Below are positions 52,155 through 60,614 of a stretch of 64,000 nucleotides of DNA, piece by piece. The DNA is from Candidatus Latescibacterota bacterium (GTDB lineage Bacteria; Latescibacterota; UBA2968; GCA-2709665), in contig OZ244937.1 in assembly GCA_965222075.1 (NCBI GenBank), forward strand, positions 3,680,001-3,744,000, in the 5' to 3' direction. Within the stretch, counting starts at the first letter, position 1. Every line of letters begins with the position of its first letter. The notes beneath the pieces are model-generated. The model was given only the letters and a program-made list of their open reading frames with translations. It was not told the DNA's origin and searched no databases. The translations under genes and the position numbers were made by a program.

Positions 52155-53156
52155 ATGAGCGATTCAGAATGTGGGGCCGCTGGAAAGACGATTCCGCCCT
52201 TTTTTCAGGAAGACCGGGTGGATCTCTATTTTCTGAATACCCGGCAGGTGCTGGCGGCCGAGGGACTCGACCCGACCGTGACGGTGGAGGTATTTCCCAA
52301 CCGAAGCGGGCTGCTTTGTGGTATTGCAGAAGTGCTGGACCACCTGGATCAGGTGTCAGGGTTGGAGGTGTGGGCATTGCCGGAGGGGGCAAATATGTCG
52401 CGCAAGGAGGCGGTGCTCCGGCTCCGGGCGCCCTACAGCAGGTTTGGGATCTATGAGACGGCCCTGTTGGGCACGCTGGCCCACGGCAGCGGTTGGGCGA
52501 CGGCTGCACAGGCGTGTGTGGAAGCCGCCGCCGGGAGTGCGGTGATCAGTTTTGGGGGGCGGCATGTCCATCCGGCGGTTTCGGACCGGATGGAGTACGC
52601 GGCCCTGGTGGGGGGATGCGCCAGGTGCGCGACACCGGCGGGCGCGGCGCTTTACGGGCAGGAGGCGACCGGGACGATGCCCCATGCGATGATATTGATT
52701 TTTGGGGATACGGTAGCCGGGGTGCAGGCGTTTGACCGGCATATGCCCGAATCGGTGCGGCGGGTGGTTCTGGTGGATACCTTTAAGGATGAGGCAGAAG
52801 AGAGCCTTCGGGTTGCTGAGGCTCTGGGGGAGCGGCTCTGGGGGGTGCGGCTGGATACGCCTTCGGAGCGGGGGGGGGTAACCCCCGGACTGGTGCATGA
52901 GGTGCGGGCGCGCCTGGACCAGGCCGGGTATCCTGGTGTGAAGATTTTTGTCAGCGGAGGGCTGGGTCCCGACCGGATCCAGGCGTTTGTAGCGTCGGGG
53001 TGTCCGGTGGATGGGTTTGGGGTGGGGAGTGCGATCAGCGGAGCGCCCCCGATCGATTTTACGGCGGATATCAAGGAGATCGAGGGCCGGGCCGTGGCCA
53101 AGCGGGGGCGGATGCCGGGCATGACGCAGAATCCGAGATTGGAGAAGGTGAGGTAA
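52155..53156 (+). CDS. pncB: Nicotinate phosphoribosyltransferase (short QPRTase-like type)
   Basis: DLYF, SFGGRHVHP, GTMPHA, LVDTF, GVRLDTP, IFVSGG, GFGVG, AKRG. Confidence 0.85.
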   Translation: MSDSECGAAGKTIPPFFQEDRVDLYFLNTRQVLAAEGLDPTVTVEVFPNRSGLLCGIAEVLDHLDQVSGLEVWALPEGANMSRKEAVLRLRAPYSRFGIYETALLGTLAHGSGWATAAQACVEAAAGSAVISFGGRHVHPAVSDRMEYAALVGGCARCATPAGAALYGQEATGTMPHAMILIFGDTVAGVQAFDRHMPESVRRVVLVDTFKDEAEESLRVAEALGERLWGVRLDTPSERGGVTPGLVHEVRARLDQAGYPGVKIFVSGGLGPDRIQAFVASGCPVDGFGVGSAISGAPPIDFTADIKEIEGRAVAKRGRMPGMTQNPRLEKVR

Positions 53157-53280
53157 CCGTTGAAACGATCGACATTTGGCCTTTTGGTAGACCGGACGCC
53201 GTGCTTCGGGTACATCCGGTGCAGGGCCCTGACGCCTGGTGCCCCTGAGATCGCGGTTGTGGTGGACCGTGGTGGGGAGG

Positions 53281-53538
53281 ATGGTGAAAAAGATGAAGGT
53301 TAAGGTGCTGTTTTTTGCGTCGTGCCAGGATATTGTGGGGAAGCGAGAGGTGGAGGTGGAGGTGCCGGAGGGGGCAACGGTGGCGGACCTGGTGGCCGAG
53401 GTTGCTGTTGCGCATCCCCGATTTTGGCAGATCGAAAGAAGCCTGATGGTGTCGGTCAACCAGGGGTACGTGGAGCGGGGTGATGGATTGAACGAGGGGG
53501 ACGAGGTGGCGTTTATTCCGCCGGTAAGCGGAGGGTAG
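53281..53538 (+). CDS. moaD: Molybdopterin synthase sulfur carrier
   Basis: KVLFFA...DEVAFIPPVSGG, C-terminal GG. Confidence 0.9.
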   Translation: MVKKMKVKVLFFASCQDIVGKREVEVEVPEGATVADLVAEVAVAHPRFWQIERSLMVSVNQGYVERGDGLNEGDEVAFIPPVSGG

Positions 53539-53615
53539 GGGAGGCGATTGCGGACTTTGAACTGTGGAATAAAGGGGGTTCAATCCGAAATCCGAAATTC
53601 ATAGAGGGGAAGCTT

Positions 53616-54068
53616 ATGGACGGGGATATTTACCGGATTGTGGAGGAGCCGATTGCGCCCGATGCGCTGCACGAGGTTGTTCTGAGGGATTTGAATGGGG
53701 CGATTGCTTCGTTTGCGGGAGTGGTCCGGGACAACACTCTGGGTCGGCAGACGCAGTACCTGGTATATGACGCCTACAGGGAGATGGCAGAGGGGAAGAT
53801 GCGGGAGATCGGGGTGGAGGTAAAGGGGCGGTGGGAGGTGGATAAGGTGGCGATGCTGCACCGGGTCGGACGGTTGGAGATCGGAGAGATCAGCGTGTTG
53901 ATCGCGGTGTCGGCGCCGCATCGGGAGGCGGCGTTGGAAGCCTGTCGATATGCGATCGACCGACTGAAGAAGACGGTGCCGATCTGGAAGAAAGAGGTCT
54001 GGACGGACGGAGAGGCGTGGATTGAGGGAGATACGTCGGCACCTCGGCAGGCGACACGGGAGGCATAG
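53616..54068 (+). CDS. moaE: Molybdopterin synthase catalytic subunit
   Basis: GAIASFAGVVR, HRVGRL, SAPHR, LKKTVPIWKKE. Confidence 0.93.
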   Translation: MDGDIYRIVEEPIAPDALHEVVLRDLNGAIASFAGVVRDNTLGRQTQYLVYDAYREMAEGKMREIGVEVKGRWEVDKVAMLHRVGRLEIGEISVLIAVSAPHREAALEACRYAIDRLKKTVPIWKKEVWTDGEAWIEGDTSAPRQATREA

Positions 54069-54077
54069 GGTAAAGCC

Positions 54078-54977
54078 GTGATGGAATTGGGCGGCTGGGT
54101 GCTGCTGCGGTTCTGCGCCTCCTGGCGGGGTTTGTGGGCCGGTCGCGGCCTCCGGGGGATTTCTGTGAACCGCTGCTTTGGTATATTCCGGTTGGGGCTG
54201 TTTGCCTTTGGGGGGGGCGTTTTTGTTTTTTCCTGTGAAACGCTGCCCGAAGTTGCGGATACCTCACTTTCCGGAGAGATTCCGGTTTATACTTACAAAA
54301 CTGTGAATACGTATCCCCATGATCCGGAGGCTTTCACACAGGGGTTGGTTTTTGAAGACGGCGTTTTATATGAGGGGACGGGGCGTCTCGGGCGTTCTAC
54401 GCTGCGTAAGGTGGTGTTGGAGACCGGGGAGATTCTACAACACTACGAGGTGCCCGCCCAGTATTTCGGTGAAGGTATCACCATTTTTGGCAACCGGATT
54501 ATTCAGTTGACCTGGCAATCGAAAATCGGGTTTGTGTACGATAAGGAGAGCTTCGAACGCCTCCGATCGTTCACCTATCCAACAGAGGGCTGGGGCATTA
54601 CGCACGATGGGAATCGGTTGATCATGAGTGACGGCACATCAACGCTGTACTTTTGGGATCCTGAAACCTTTCAGGAAGTCGGCCGGATCGAGGTCCGGGG
54701 CGAGGCCGGGCCCGTGACCCGACTCAACGAACTGGAGTATATTGGAGGGGAAGTTTATGCCAATGTCTGGCAGACGGATCGCATCGTCAGGATTGACCCC
54801 CGGACCGGTCGGGTCGCCGGATGGATTGATCTGGCCGGGCTTTTAGGTCCGGAAGACCGGGACCGGCAGGTTGGCGTGCTCAACGGTATTGCATACGAAA
54901 GAAAAAAAAAGCGGTTGTTTGTGACCGGAAAATTGTGGCCCAGGCTTTTTGAGATCGAACTGGTTTCTCAGCATTAG
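54078..54977 (+). CDS. Glutaminyl-peptide cyclotransferase (bacterial/plant type)
   Basis: YPHDPEAFTQGL, YEGTG, FGEGIT, QLTW, EGWG, SDG, LNELE, ANVW, VLNGIA, TGKLW; start uncertain. Confidence 0.92.
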   Translation: MMELGGWVLLRFCASWRGLWAGRGLRGISVNRCFGIFRLGLFAFGGGVFVFSCETLPEVADTSLSGEIPVYTYKTVNTYPHDPEAFTQGLVFEDGVLYEGTGRLGRSTLRKVVLETGEILQHYEVPAQYFGEGITIFGNRIIQLTWQSKIGFVYDKESFERLRSFTYPTEGWGITHDGNRLIMSDGTSTLYFWDPETFQEVGRIEVRGEAGPVTRLNELEYIGGEVYANVWQTDRIVRIDPRTGRVAGWIDLAGLLGPEDRDRQVGVLNGIAYERKKKRLFVTGKLWPRLFEIELVSQH

Positions 54978-54989
54978 AGGAGACGGACC

Positions 54990-55307
54990 TTGTCGAAGAA
55001 GCGCACCGGAGGCGAGGGGTGGACACTTGTGTCCGCCCAGGTAGCAGACCTGTCCGGAGAGGTCGTTTCCCTGCCTCCCCAAGAGCAACGGGCGCGGATT
55101 TCTCTTGAGAAACGGCGGAAGGGCAAGGTGGTTACCCTGGTGGGTAACCTGGTGCTTTCGGAGCCGGATCTGAGGGATCTGGGAAAGTCTCTCAAGGTGA
55201 TGTGCGGCACCGGGGGAACCGTGCGTGACCGCAGGGTTGAACTTCAAGGGGACCGGCGCGGCCAGGTGAGGGCGTGGCTTGTGGAGCATGGGTGGGGAGT
55301 GAGGTAG
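54990..55307 (+). CDS. Translation initiation factor SUI1/YciH homologue
   Basis: RKGKVVT, LKVMCGTGGT, ELQGD. Confidence 0.85.
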   Translation: MSKKRTGGEGWTLVSAQVADLSGEVVSLPPQEQRARISLEKRRKGKVVTLVGNLVLSEPDLRDLGKSLKVMCGTGGTVRDRRVELQGDRRGQVRAWLVEHGWGVR

Positions 55308-55325
55308 GCGGGTGCGGTCGGGAGG

Positions 55326-55779
55326 TTAGGCTTTCCAGGCTTCGAGTTCCTGCTCGTGCAGGCAGAGTTTGCCGTTTAAGCGCAGGCCGCCGTGGGAGAT
55401 GTTGATGCTGTAGGTGACACAGTCGGCCGCTTCGACCCAGTGGGGGGTAAGCAGGGCGTTCCAGAGGACATCGCCGGGTTTCATTTCGTAAGAGAGGGTG
55501 TCGGCCCGGGTGATTCCCGGGGGGCGTTTCATTTTGTCGCCGGGGAGCATGCGTTCCTCTTTGAATTCGGGGGTAAGCGCCGTGCCCCTGCACGTCCGGG
55601 CGGTTGTAGGTGTCTGGCTCGTCGCGGGCGATGGTGACGAGTTCAAAGCCCACGTCCGGGACTTCCAGAGCCAACCTGTAGGCCTGGATGAGGTCTGAAA
55701 AGGCGACCCACTGCGGCAGGATGGGGTCGCCTTTTGATTTGGGCATGAGCGATTCTTCTCTGGCCAGGGTCTGGGTCAT
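55326..55779 (-). pseudogene. Frameshifted/chimeric fragment ending in a cupin/JmjC-like C-terminus
   Basis: Two protein-like frames meet at a C5 run (55569-55573); the distal part has EMKPGDVLWNALLTPHWVEA. Confidence 0.45.
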
Positions 55780-55888
55780 GTCGAACGCGTTCCGGAGTTG
55801 ACGGGGTCTTTGGATTCAATTACATTACACGCTGCTGGATCAAAAGATAAAGATAAGATATAGACAAACCTTGGGAAAGGAAAACGTT

Positions 55889-57562
55889 ATGGCGTTGAAC
55901 AAGTACAGTTCCCGGATTACGCAGGTGAAATCTCAGGGGGCGTCCCAGGCGATGCTGTACGGGACAGGGCTGACCCGGGAGGATATGGCCAAGCCCCAGG
56001 TGGGGATTGCCAGTATGTGGTTTGAGGGCAATACGTGCAATATGCACCTGCTGGATCTGGCCGAGCGGGTGAAGGAGGGGGTGCGCGCTGCGGGGCTGGT
56101 GGGGATGCGGTTCAATACAATTGGGGTGAGCGACGGGATTTCGATGGGAACAGAGGGGATGAGCTACTCCCTGCAGTCGCGGGATCTGATTGCGGATTCG
56201 ATCGAGACGGTGATGGGGGCGCAGTGGTACGACGCTAATATTTCGATTCCGGGATGCGATAAGAATATGCCGGGGTGTATTCTGGCGATGGGCCGGCTGA
56301 ACCGTCCTGCATTGATGATTTACGGGGGGACGATCAAGCCCGGGTTTTACGAGGGACAGAAGCTGGACATTGTTTCGGCGTTCCAGAGCTATGGCGAGTA
56401 CATTGGAGGGACGCTGGACGAGGAGGGACGGCAGTGCGTGGTTCAACATGCCTGCCCCGGCGCGGGGGCCTGTGGGGGGATGTATACGGCCAATACGATG
56501 GCCTCGGCGATCGAGGCGATGGGGATGTCGCTGCCCTACAGTTCGTCGACGCCGGCGGTTGACCCCCGGAAGTTAGAGGAGTGTTTTGAGGCGGGCGCCG
56601 CGATTCGCAATTTGCTGGAGATGGATCTGAAGCCCCGGGATATTATGACGCGAGAGGCGTTTGAGAATGCGATGGTAGTTGTCATGGCCCTGGGCGGATC
56701 GACGAATGCGGTGCTGCACCTGATCGCGATTGCGAAGTCGGTGGGCGTGGCGCTGACGATCGACGATTTTATGGGGGTGAGCAACCGGGTGCCATACTTG
56801 GCCGACTTGAAACCGAGCGGGCAGTATGTGATGGAGGACCTGCACAAGGTGGGGGGCACGGCGGCGGTGATGAAGTACCTGCTGGAGAACGGGTTTTTGA
56901 ACGGGGACTGTGTGACGGTAACGGGGAAGACGGTTGCGGAGAACCTGGCGGACGTGCCCGGACTTGCGGCGGAACAGGACGTGATTTATTCACTCGATCG
57001 GCCGATTAAGGCAACGGGCCACATCGAGATTTTGAAGGGGAACTTAGCGCCGGAGGGGGCCGTGGGGAAGATTACGGGCAAGCAGGGGATGCGGTTTGTG
57101 GGGCCGGCCAGGGTGTTCGATTCGGAGGAGGAGGCGCTGGAGGCGCTGGAGCGGAAGGAGATCGCGGACAGGGACGTGATTGTGATTCGGTACGAGGGCC
57201 CCAGGGGCGGGCCGGGGATGCCGGAGATGCTGACGATTACGGCAGCGACGGCGGGCGCGGGGCTGGTGCAGACGGTGGCGCTGATCACAGACGGGCGGTT
57301 CTCCGGCGGGTCCCACGGGTTTCTGGTGGGGCATATCACGCCGGAGGCGCAGGAAGGGGGGCCGATCGCCCTGCTCCGGGATGGAGACGTGATTACGATC
57401 GATGCGGAGACGAACGCGCTGTCGGTGGATCTGAGCGACGAGGAACTGGAAAGCCGGCGGGCAGGGTGGACACCGCCGCCGTATAAGGTGACGCAGGGGA
57501 CGCTGTACAAATATATCAAGACGGTGAAATCGGCTTCGGAGGGGTGTGTGACGGATGCATGA
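55889..57562 (+). CDS. ilvD: Dihydroxy-acid dehydratase
   Basis: [46 protein letters not shown]. Confidence 0.96.
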   Translation: MALNKYSSRITQVKSQGASQAMLYGTGLTREDMAKPQVGIASMWFEGNTCNMHLLDLAERVKEGVRAAGLVGMRFNTIGVSDGISMGTEGMSYSLQSRDLIADSIETVMGAQWYDANISIPGCDKNMPGCILAMGRLNRPALMIYGGTIKPGFYEGQKLDIVSAFQSYGEYIGGTLDEEGRQCVVQHACPGAGACGGMYTANTMASAIEAMGMSLPYSSSTPAVDPRKLEECFEAGAAIRNLLEMDLKPRDIMTREAFENAMVVVMALGGSTNAVLHLIAIAKSVGVALTIDDFMGVSNRVPYLADLKPSGQYVMEDLHKVGGTAAVMKYLLENGFLNGDCVTVTGKTVAENLADVPGLAAEQDVIYSLDRPIKATGHIEILKGNLAPEGAVGKITGKQGMRFVGPARVFDSEEEALEALERKEIADRDVIVIRYEGPRGGPGMPEMLTITAATAGAGLVQTVALITDGRFSGGSHGFLVGHITPEAQEGGPIALLRDGDVITIDAETNALSVDLSDEELESRRAGWTPPPYKVTQGTLYKYIKTVKSASEGCVTDA

Positions 57563-57602
57563 GGCGCACAAGACAAGGGTCAGCGGCTCCCACTTTCTTG
57601 CC

Positions 57603-58400
57603 TTACGGGGATCGGTTTCTCGGTCCCCTTTTTTTTGGGCTGGAGATTGGGTGTACTGAAAGGGGTTCTTTCTGTTGCCATTTTTTAAGTTCGATTTTTC
57701 CGTTTTCAAGAACGGCGTAGACGTCTGCGGAGATCCAGTCGCCCAGGACGACCAGGGCGCCGCCGTTCAGCATTTTCAGGAGGGAGCGGTGGTAGTGGCC
57801 GCAAAGGACGATGTCGACCCCTTCGGCGATCTTTGCCTTTGCAGCGGAGAGGCAGATGTCTCGGCTGGAGACGGAACGGCTGAGGGTGAAGTATGCAGAG
57901 ATGCGGGAGACGACGCAGGCGAGGAGGGCGCCAACGTCGGGGTGAAGCAGCCGGAAGAGCGCGATGCAGACTTTGTTTTTGAGGACCGCCCGGCTGATTC
58001 GGAACTTCCAGTCGGTCTGGAATTCGTCGCCGTGGGCGATGTAGAGGACCAGGCCCTGATGGGTGACGGTGATGGGTCCGCCGGGGAGTTTGAGGCCGAC
58101 CTGTTCGGCGAGGTAGGGCCCAAGCCAGATGTCGTGGTTGCCGGGGAGGCAGACGACGCGCACCCCGGCCTGTACGAGCGCGTAGAGTTCAAAGAGGACA
58201 CGCGCGCCCAGAGTGGGGACCACGGTGCGGTACTCGAACCAGAATTCGAAGAGGTCTCCGACGATGTAGAGGACTTCCGCATCGTCCCGGATGGCGCGGA
58301 GAAAGGCAGTGAGCGCCCCTTCCTGCTCAGACCCCGACCGGGGGGCGTCCCGGACGCCGAGGTGGACATCGCCGATGAAGTAGATTCGTTTTCGGGACAC
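57603..58400 (-). CDS. UDP-2,3-diacylglucosamine diphosphatase-like metallophosphoesterase (LpxH-like)
   Basis: GDVHLG, VGDLFEFW, GNHD, AHGD, GHYH, LGDW. Confidence 0.8.
   Translation of the reverse strand: MSRKRIYFIGDVHLGVRDAPRSGSEQEGALTAFLRAIRDDAEVLYIVGDLFEFWFEYRTVVPTLGARVLFELYALVQAGVRVVCLPGNHDIWLGPYLAEQVGLKLPGGPITVTHQGLVLYIAHGDEFQTDWKFRISRAVLKNKVCIALFRLLHPDVGALLACVVSRISAYFTLSRSVSSRDICLSAAKAKIAEGVDIVLCGHYHRSLLKMLNGGALVVLGDWISADVYAVLENGKIELKKWQQKEPLSVHPISSPKKRGPRNRSP
57607..57636 (+). terminator. Intrinsic terminator of ilvD
   Basis: GGGGATCG/CGGTCCCC stem plus T8. Confidence 0.7.
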
Positions 58401-58423
58401 GTCATGTTGATCGGGTTAGGGGA

Positions 58424-60586
58424 TTATGGATTTGCCCGCAGCCATTTTCTTACAGCAGCGGCCTGCGGATGATTTGGGTTCAATTCGAGGACCTTTCTGA
58501 AAAGTGTCTTTGTTTTCTCGGTCTGGCCCAGTCTGCGATACGCAGTTCCCATATTCACGTAGGCGTGGACATCGTCGGGTTTGATGGCAAGAACCTTCTG
58601 GTAATACTGGATGGCTTTTTTATACTGTCCCAGCTTGTTGTATGCACTGCCCGTATTCAAATAGGCATCCACAAAGTGGGGGTCCAGAGCGCTGGCCCTC
58701 CGGAAGTAGTGAACGGCTTTTTCAACCTGTTCTGAATTGTAGTATATAACACCCATATTGTAATAGGCCCTGGCGTGATCGGGTTTCAGGTCGATGGCCT
58801 TCTGGTAGTAGTGTAGGGCTGTTTCGTCCTGGTCCAAACGGTAATAGGTATTGCCCATATTGTAATAAACATCGGCAAAGTCCGGATACAGGTCAATGGC
58901 CTTCCGGTAGTAGTGTAGGGCTGTTTCTTGCTGGCCCAGATCGCTATACGCATTGCCCATGTTGGAATAGGCCTCGGCGTGGTCGGGTTTCAGGTCAATG
59001 GCCTTCTGGTAGTAGTGTAGGGCTGTTTCGACCTGTCCTGATTTGTGATACATCATTCCAACGGAACTCCAGTGTCGCGGGTTTTTCGGGTTTGCCGCAA
59101 GGGCCTGCCTGTATGCGTTGTCCGCCCGCCCGGTTTGGTTTTGCACCCGGTAGTAGCTGCCGAGGGTTTCCCAGCCGTAGGATCTGGCATGGGCTGAGAG
59201 ATGGGTCCGCTCCAGGAGGTCGGCAAAACGGGCTTCGGCGGAGGCTTCCCTCGCATTCAGCCCGATCCACAGCAGGCTGTGCAGGGCTGCTGCTGTGCAG
59301 ACGAGGAGGCCTGTACGGATGAGGTGAGACCGGTTTTTCGTTTGACCGATCAGGGCCAGGGCCGCCCAGAGGGTGAGCGGCAGCCCCGGATAGGCAAAGG
59401 CATCCCAGTCGCGGAACGCGCCGATCTCCGGATTGGCAACCAGGGTGAAGAGCACGGGAAAGAGGGCCGCAGTGAAGAGAAAAGTGCGAGCCGGATCGTG
59501 GGTTGATCCGCCTCTTTGGAGCAGACACAGCACGATGAGGGCCGAGGGGGCAACAAGGAGATAGTGGTTGAAGAGGTCCAGCAGGTGGGCAGGTGAGAAG
59601 ATGCGGTAGTGGTACATCCCATCCGGTTGTGCCAGGAAGGGCAGGAGGTGCGTGCCCTTTGTGGTTTTTAAATAGGTCAAGGGATGGAAGCCGATGAGGG
59701 TGAAAATCAGCAGGACCAGGAGGGGGGCCGCAGCGAGCGAGGCGATGGCCTTGACCGTGGGCGATCCGGGAGGTTGAGGATCGCGGCTGGCGCTGACGTG
59801 CAGGATGGCCAGGACGATCAGGGAGGGCGCAAAGGCCACCAGGGTGAGGTGGAGCGAGACGAGGATGCCCAGCAGGAGGGCGGGCAGATAGAGGGGGCGC
59901 TGTCGTCTGAGGACCTGGACACCGGCGGTGAGGTAGAGGAGGACCGCAGGCAGGAGGATAGCGTAGGTTTCCACGTATCCGAAGAAGAGCTGGACGAAGC
60001 CCGGGGTGAGCAGGAAGCCCAGGATGAGGGTGCGCTCCGGGGGGGTGCGTCCAAGGGTGCGCGCAGCGGGCAGGGTAAGCAGGAGGTAGAGGCCTCCGGA
60101 GAGATAGCTGTAGATACGATAGGTAGACTCAGTGGTGTTCCAGATGGAACTCCCGAGCCGGTGAAATATTCCGATTCCCCAGTAGGTAAACGGGGCGTTG
60201 ACGCCTTTCCAGGTGTCCTGGGAGAGGAACAGGGGGAGGTCGCGCAGGAGGAGATAGCCGTCTCCCAGGAGGTGGACGGCCGACCGAAGGCCGAGGAAGG
60301 CGAGGCCACCTGCGACGAGGAGCAGGAGTGCAAAGCGATAAAACGATCCGGAGGATTCCCAGGGGTTGATGGCCGGGGGAAACTTTGTAAGCCCGTTGAC
60401 CACGCCCTGCTGAACCGCAGGGATCAAGAGCAGGACGCTTAAGATGACGAAAAGGCCCTGCACCCACATCGGGTAGAAGGCCAGCAGGTCCCCACCCCAT
60501 ACACAGAAGGGGCGCCAGTAGGCCGGCAGGAGGTGCAGGGCGAGGAAGGCGGCGACGACGATTTGGGATTTCGGATTTACACTCAA
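58424..60586 (-). CDS. Polytopic membrane protein with C-terminal TPR array
   Basis: Many TM helices followed by about seven 34-aa TPRs (AYYNMG, ALHYYQKAIDLKPD). Confidence 0.85.
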   Translation of the reverse strand: MSVNPKSQIVVAAFLALHLLPAYWRPFCVWGGDLLAFYPMWVQGLFVILSVLLLIPAVQQGVVNGLTKFPPAINPWESSGSFYRFALLLLVAGGLAFLGLRSAVHLLGDGYLLLRDLPLFLSQDTWKGVNAPFTYWGIGIFHRLGSSIWNTTESTYRIYSYLSGGLYLLLTLPAARTLGRTPPERTLILGFLLTPGFVQLFFGYVETYAILLPAVLLYLTAGVQVLRRQRPLYLPALLLGILVSLHLTLVAFAPSLIVLAILHVSASRDPQPPGSPTVKAIASLAAAPLLVLLIFTLIGFHPLTYLKTTKGTHLLPFLAQPDGMYHYRIFSPAHLLDLFNHYLLVAPSALIVLCLLQRGGSTHDPARTFLFTAALFPVLFTLVANPEIGAFRDWDAFAYPGLPLTLWAALALIGQTKNRSHLIRTGLLVCTAAALHSLLWIGLNAREASAEARFADLLERTHLSAHARSYGWETLGSYYRVQNQTGRADNAYRQALAANPKNPRHWSSVGMMYHKSGQVETALHYYQKAIDLKPDHAEAYSNMGNAYSDLGQQETALHYYRKAIDLYPDFADVYYNMGNTYYRLDQDETALHYYQKAIDLKPDHARAYYNMGVIYYNSEQVEKAVHYFRRASALDPHFVDAYLNTGSAYNKLGQYKKAIQYYQKVLAIKPDDVHAYVNMGTAYRRLGQTEKTKTLFRKVLELNPNHPQAAAVRKWLRANP

Positions 60587-60614
60587 GGGTCAGGTTCCGG
60601 ATTCGGGGTAGCGG

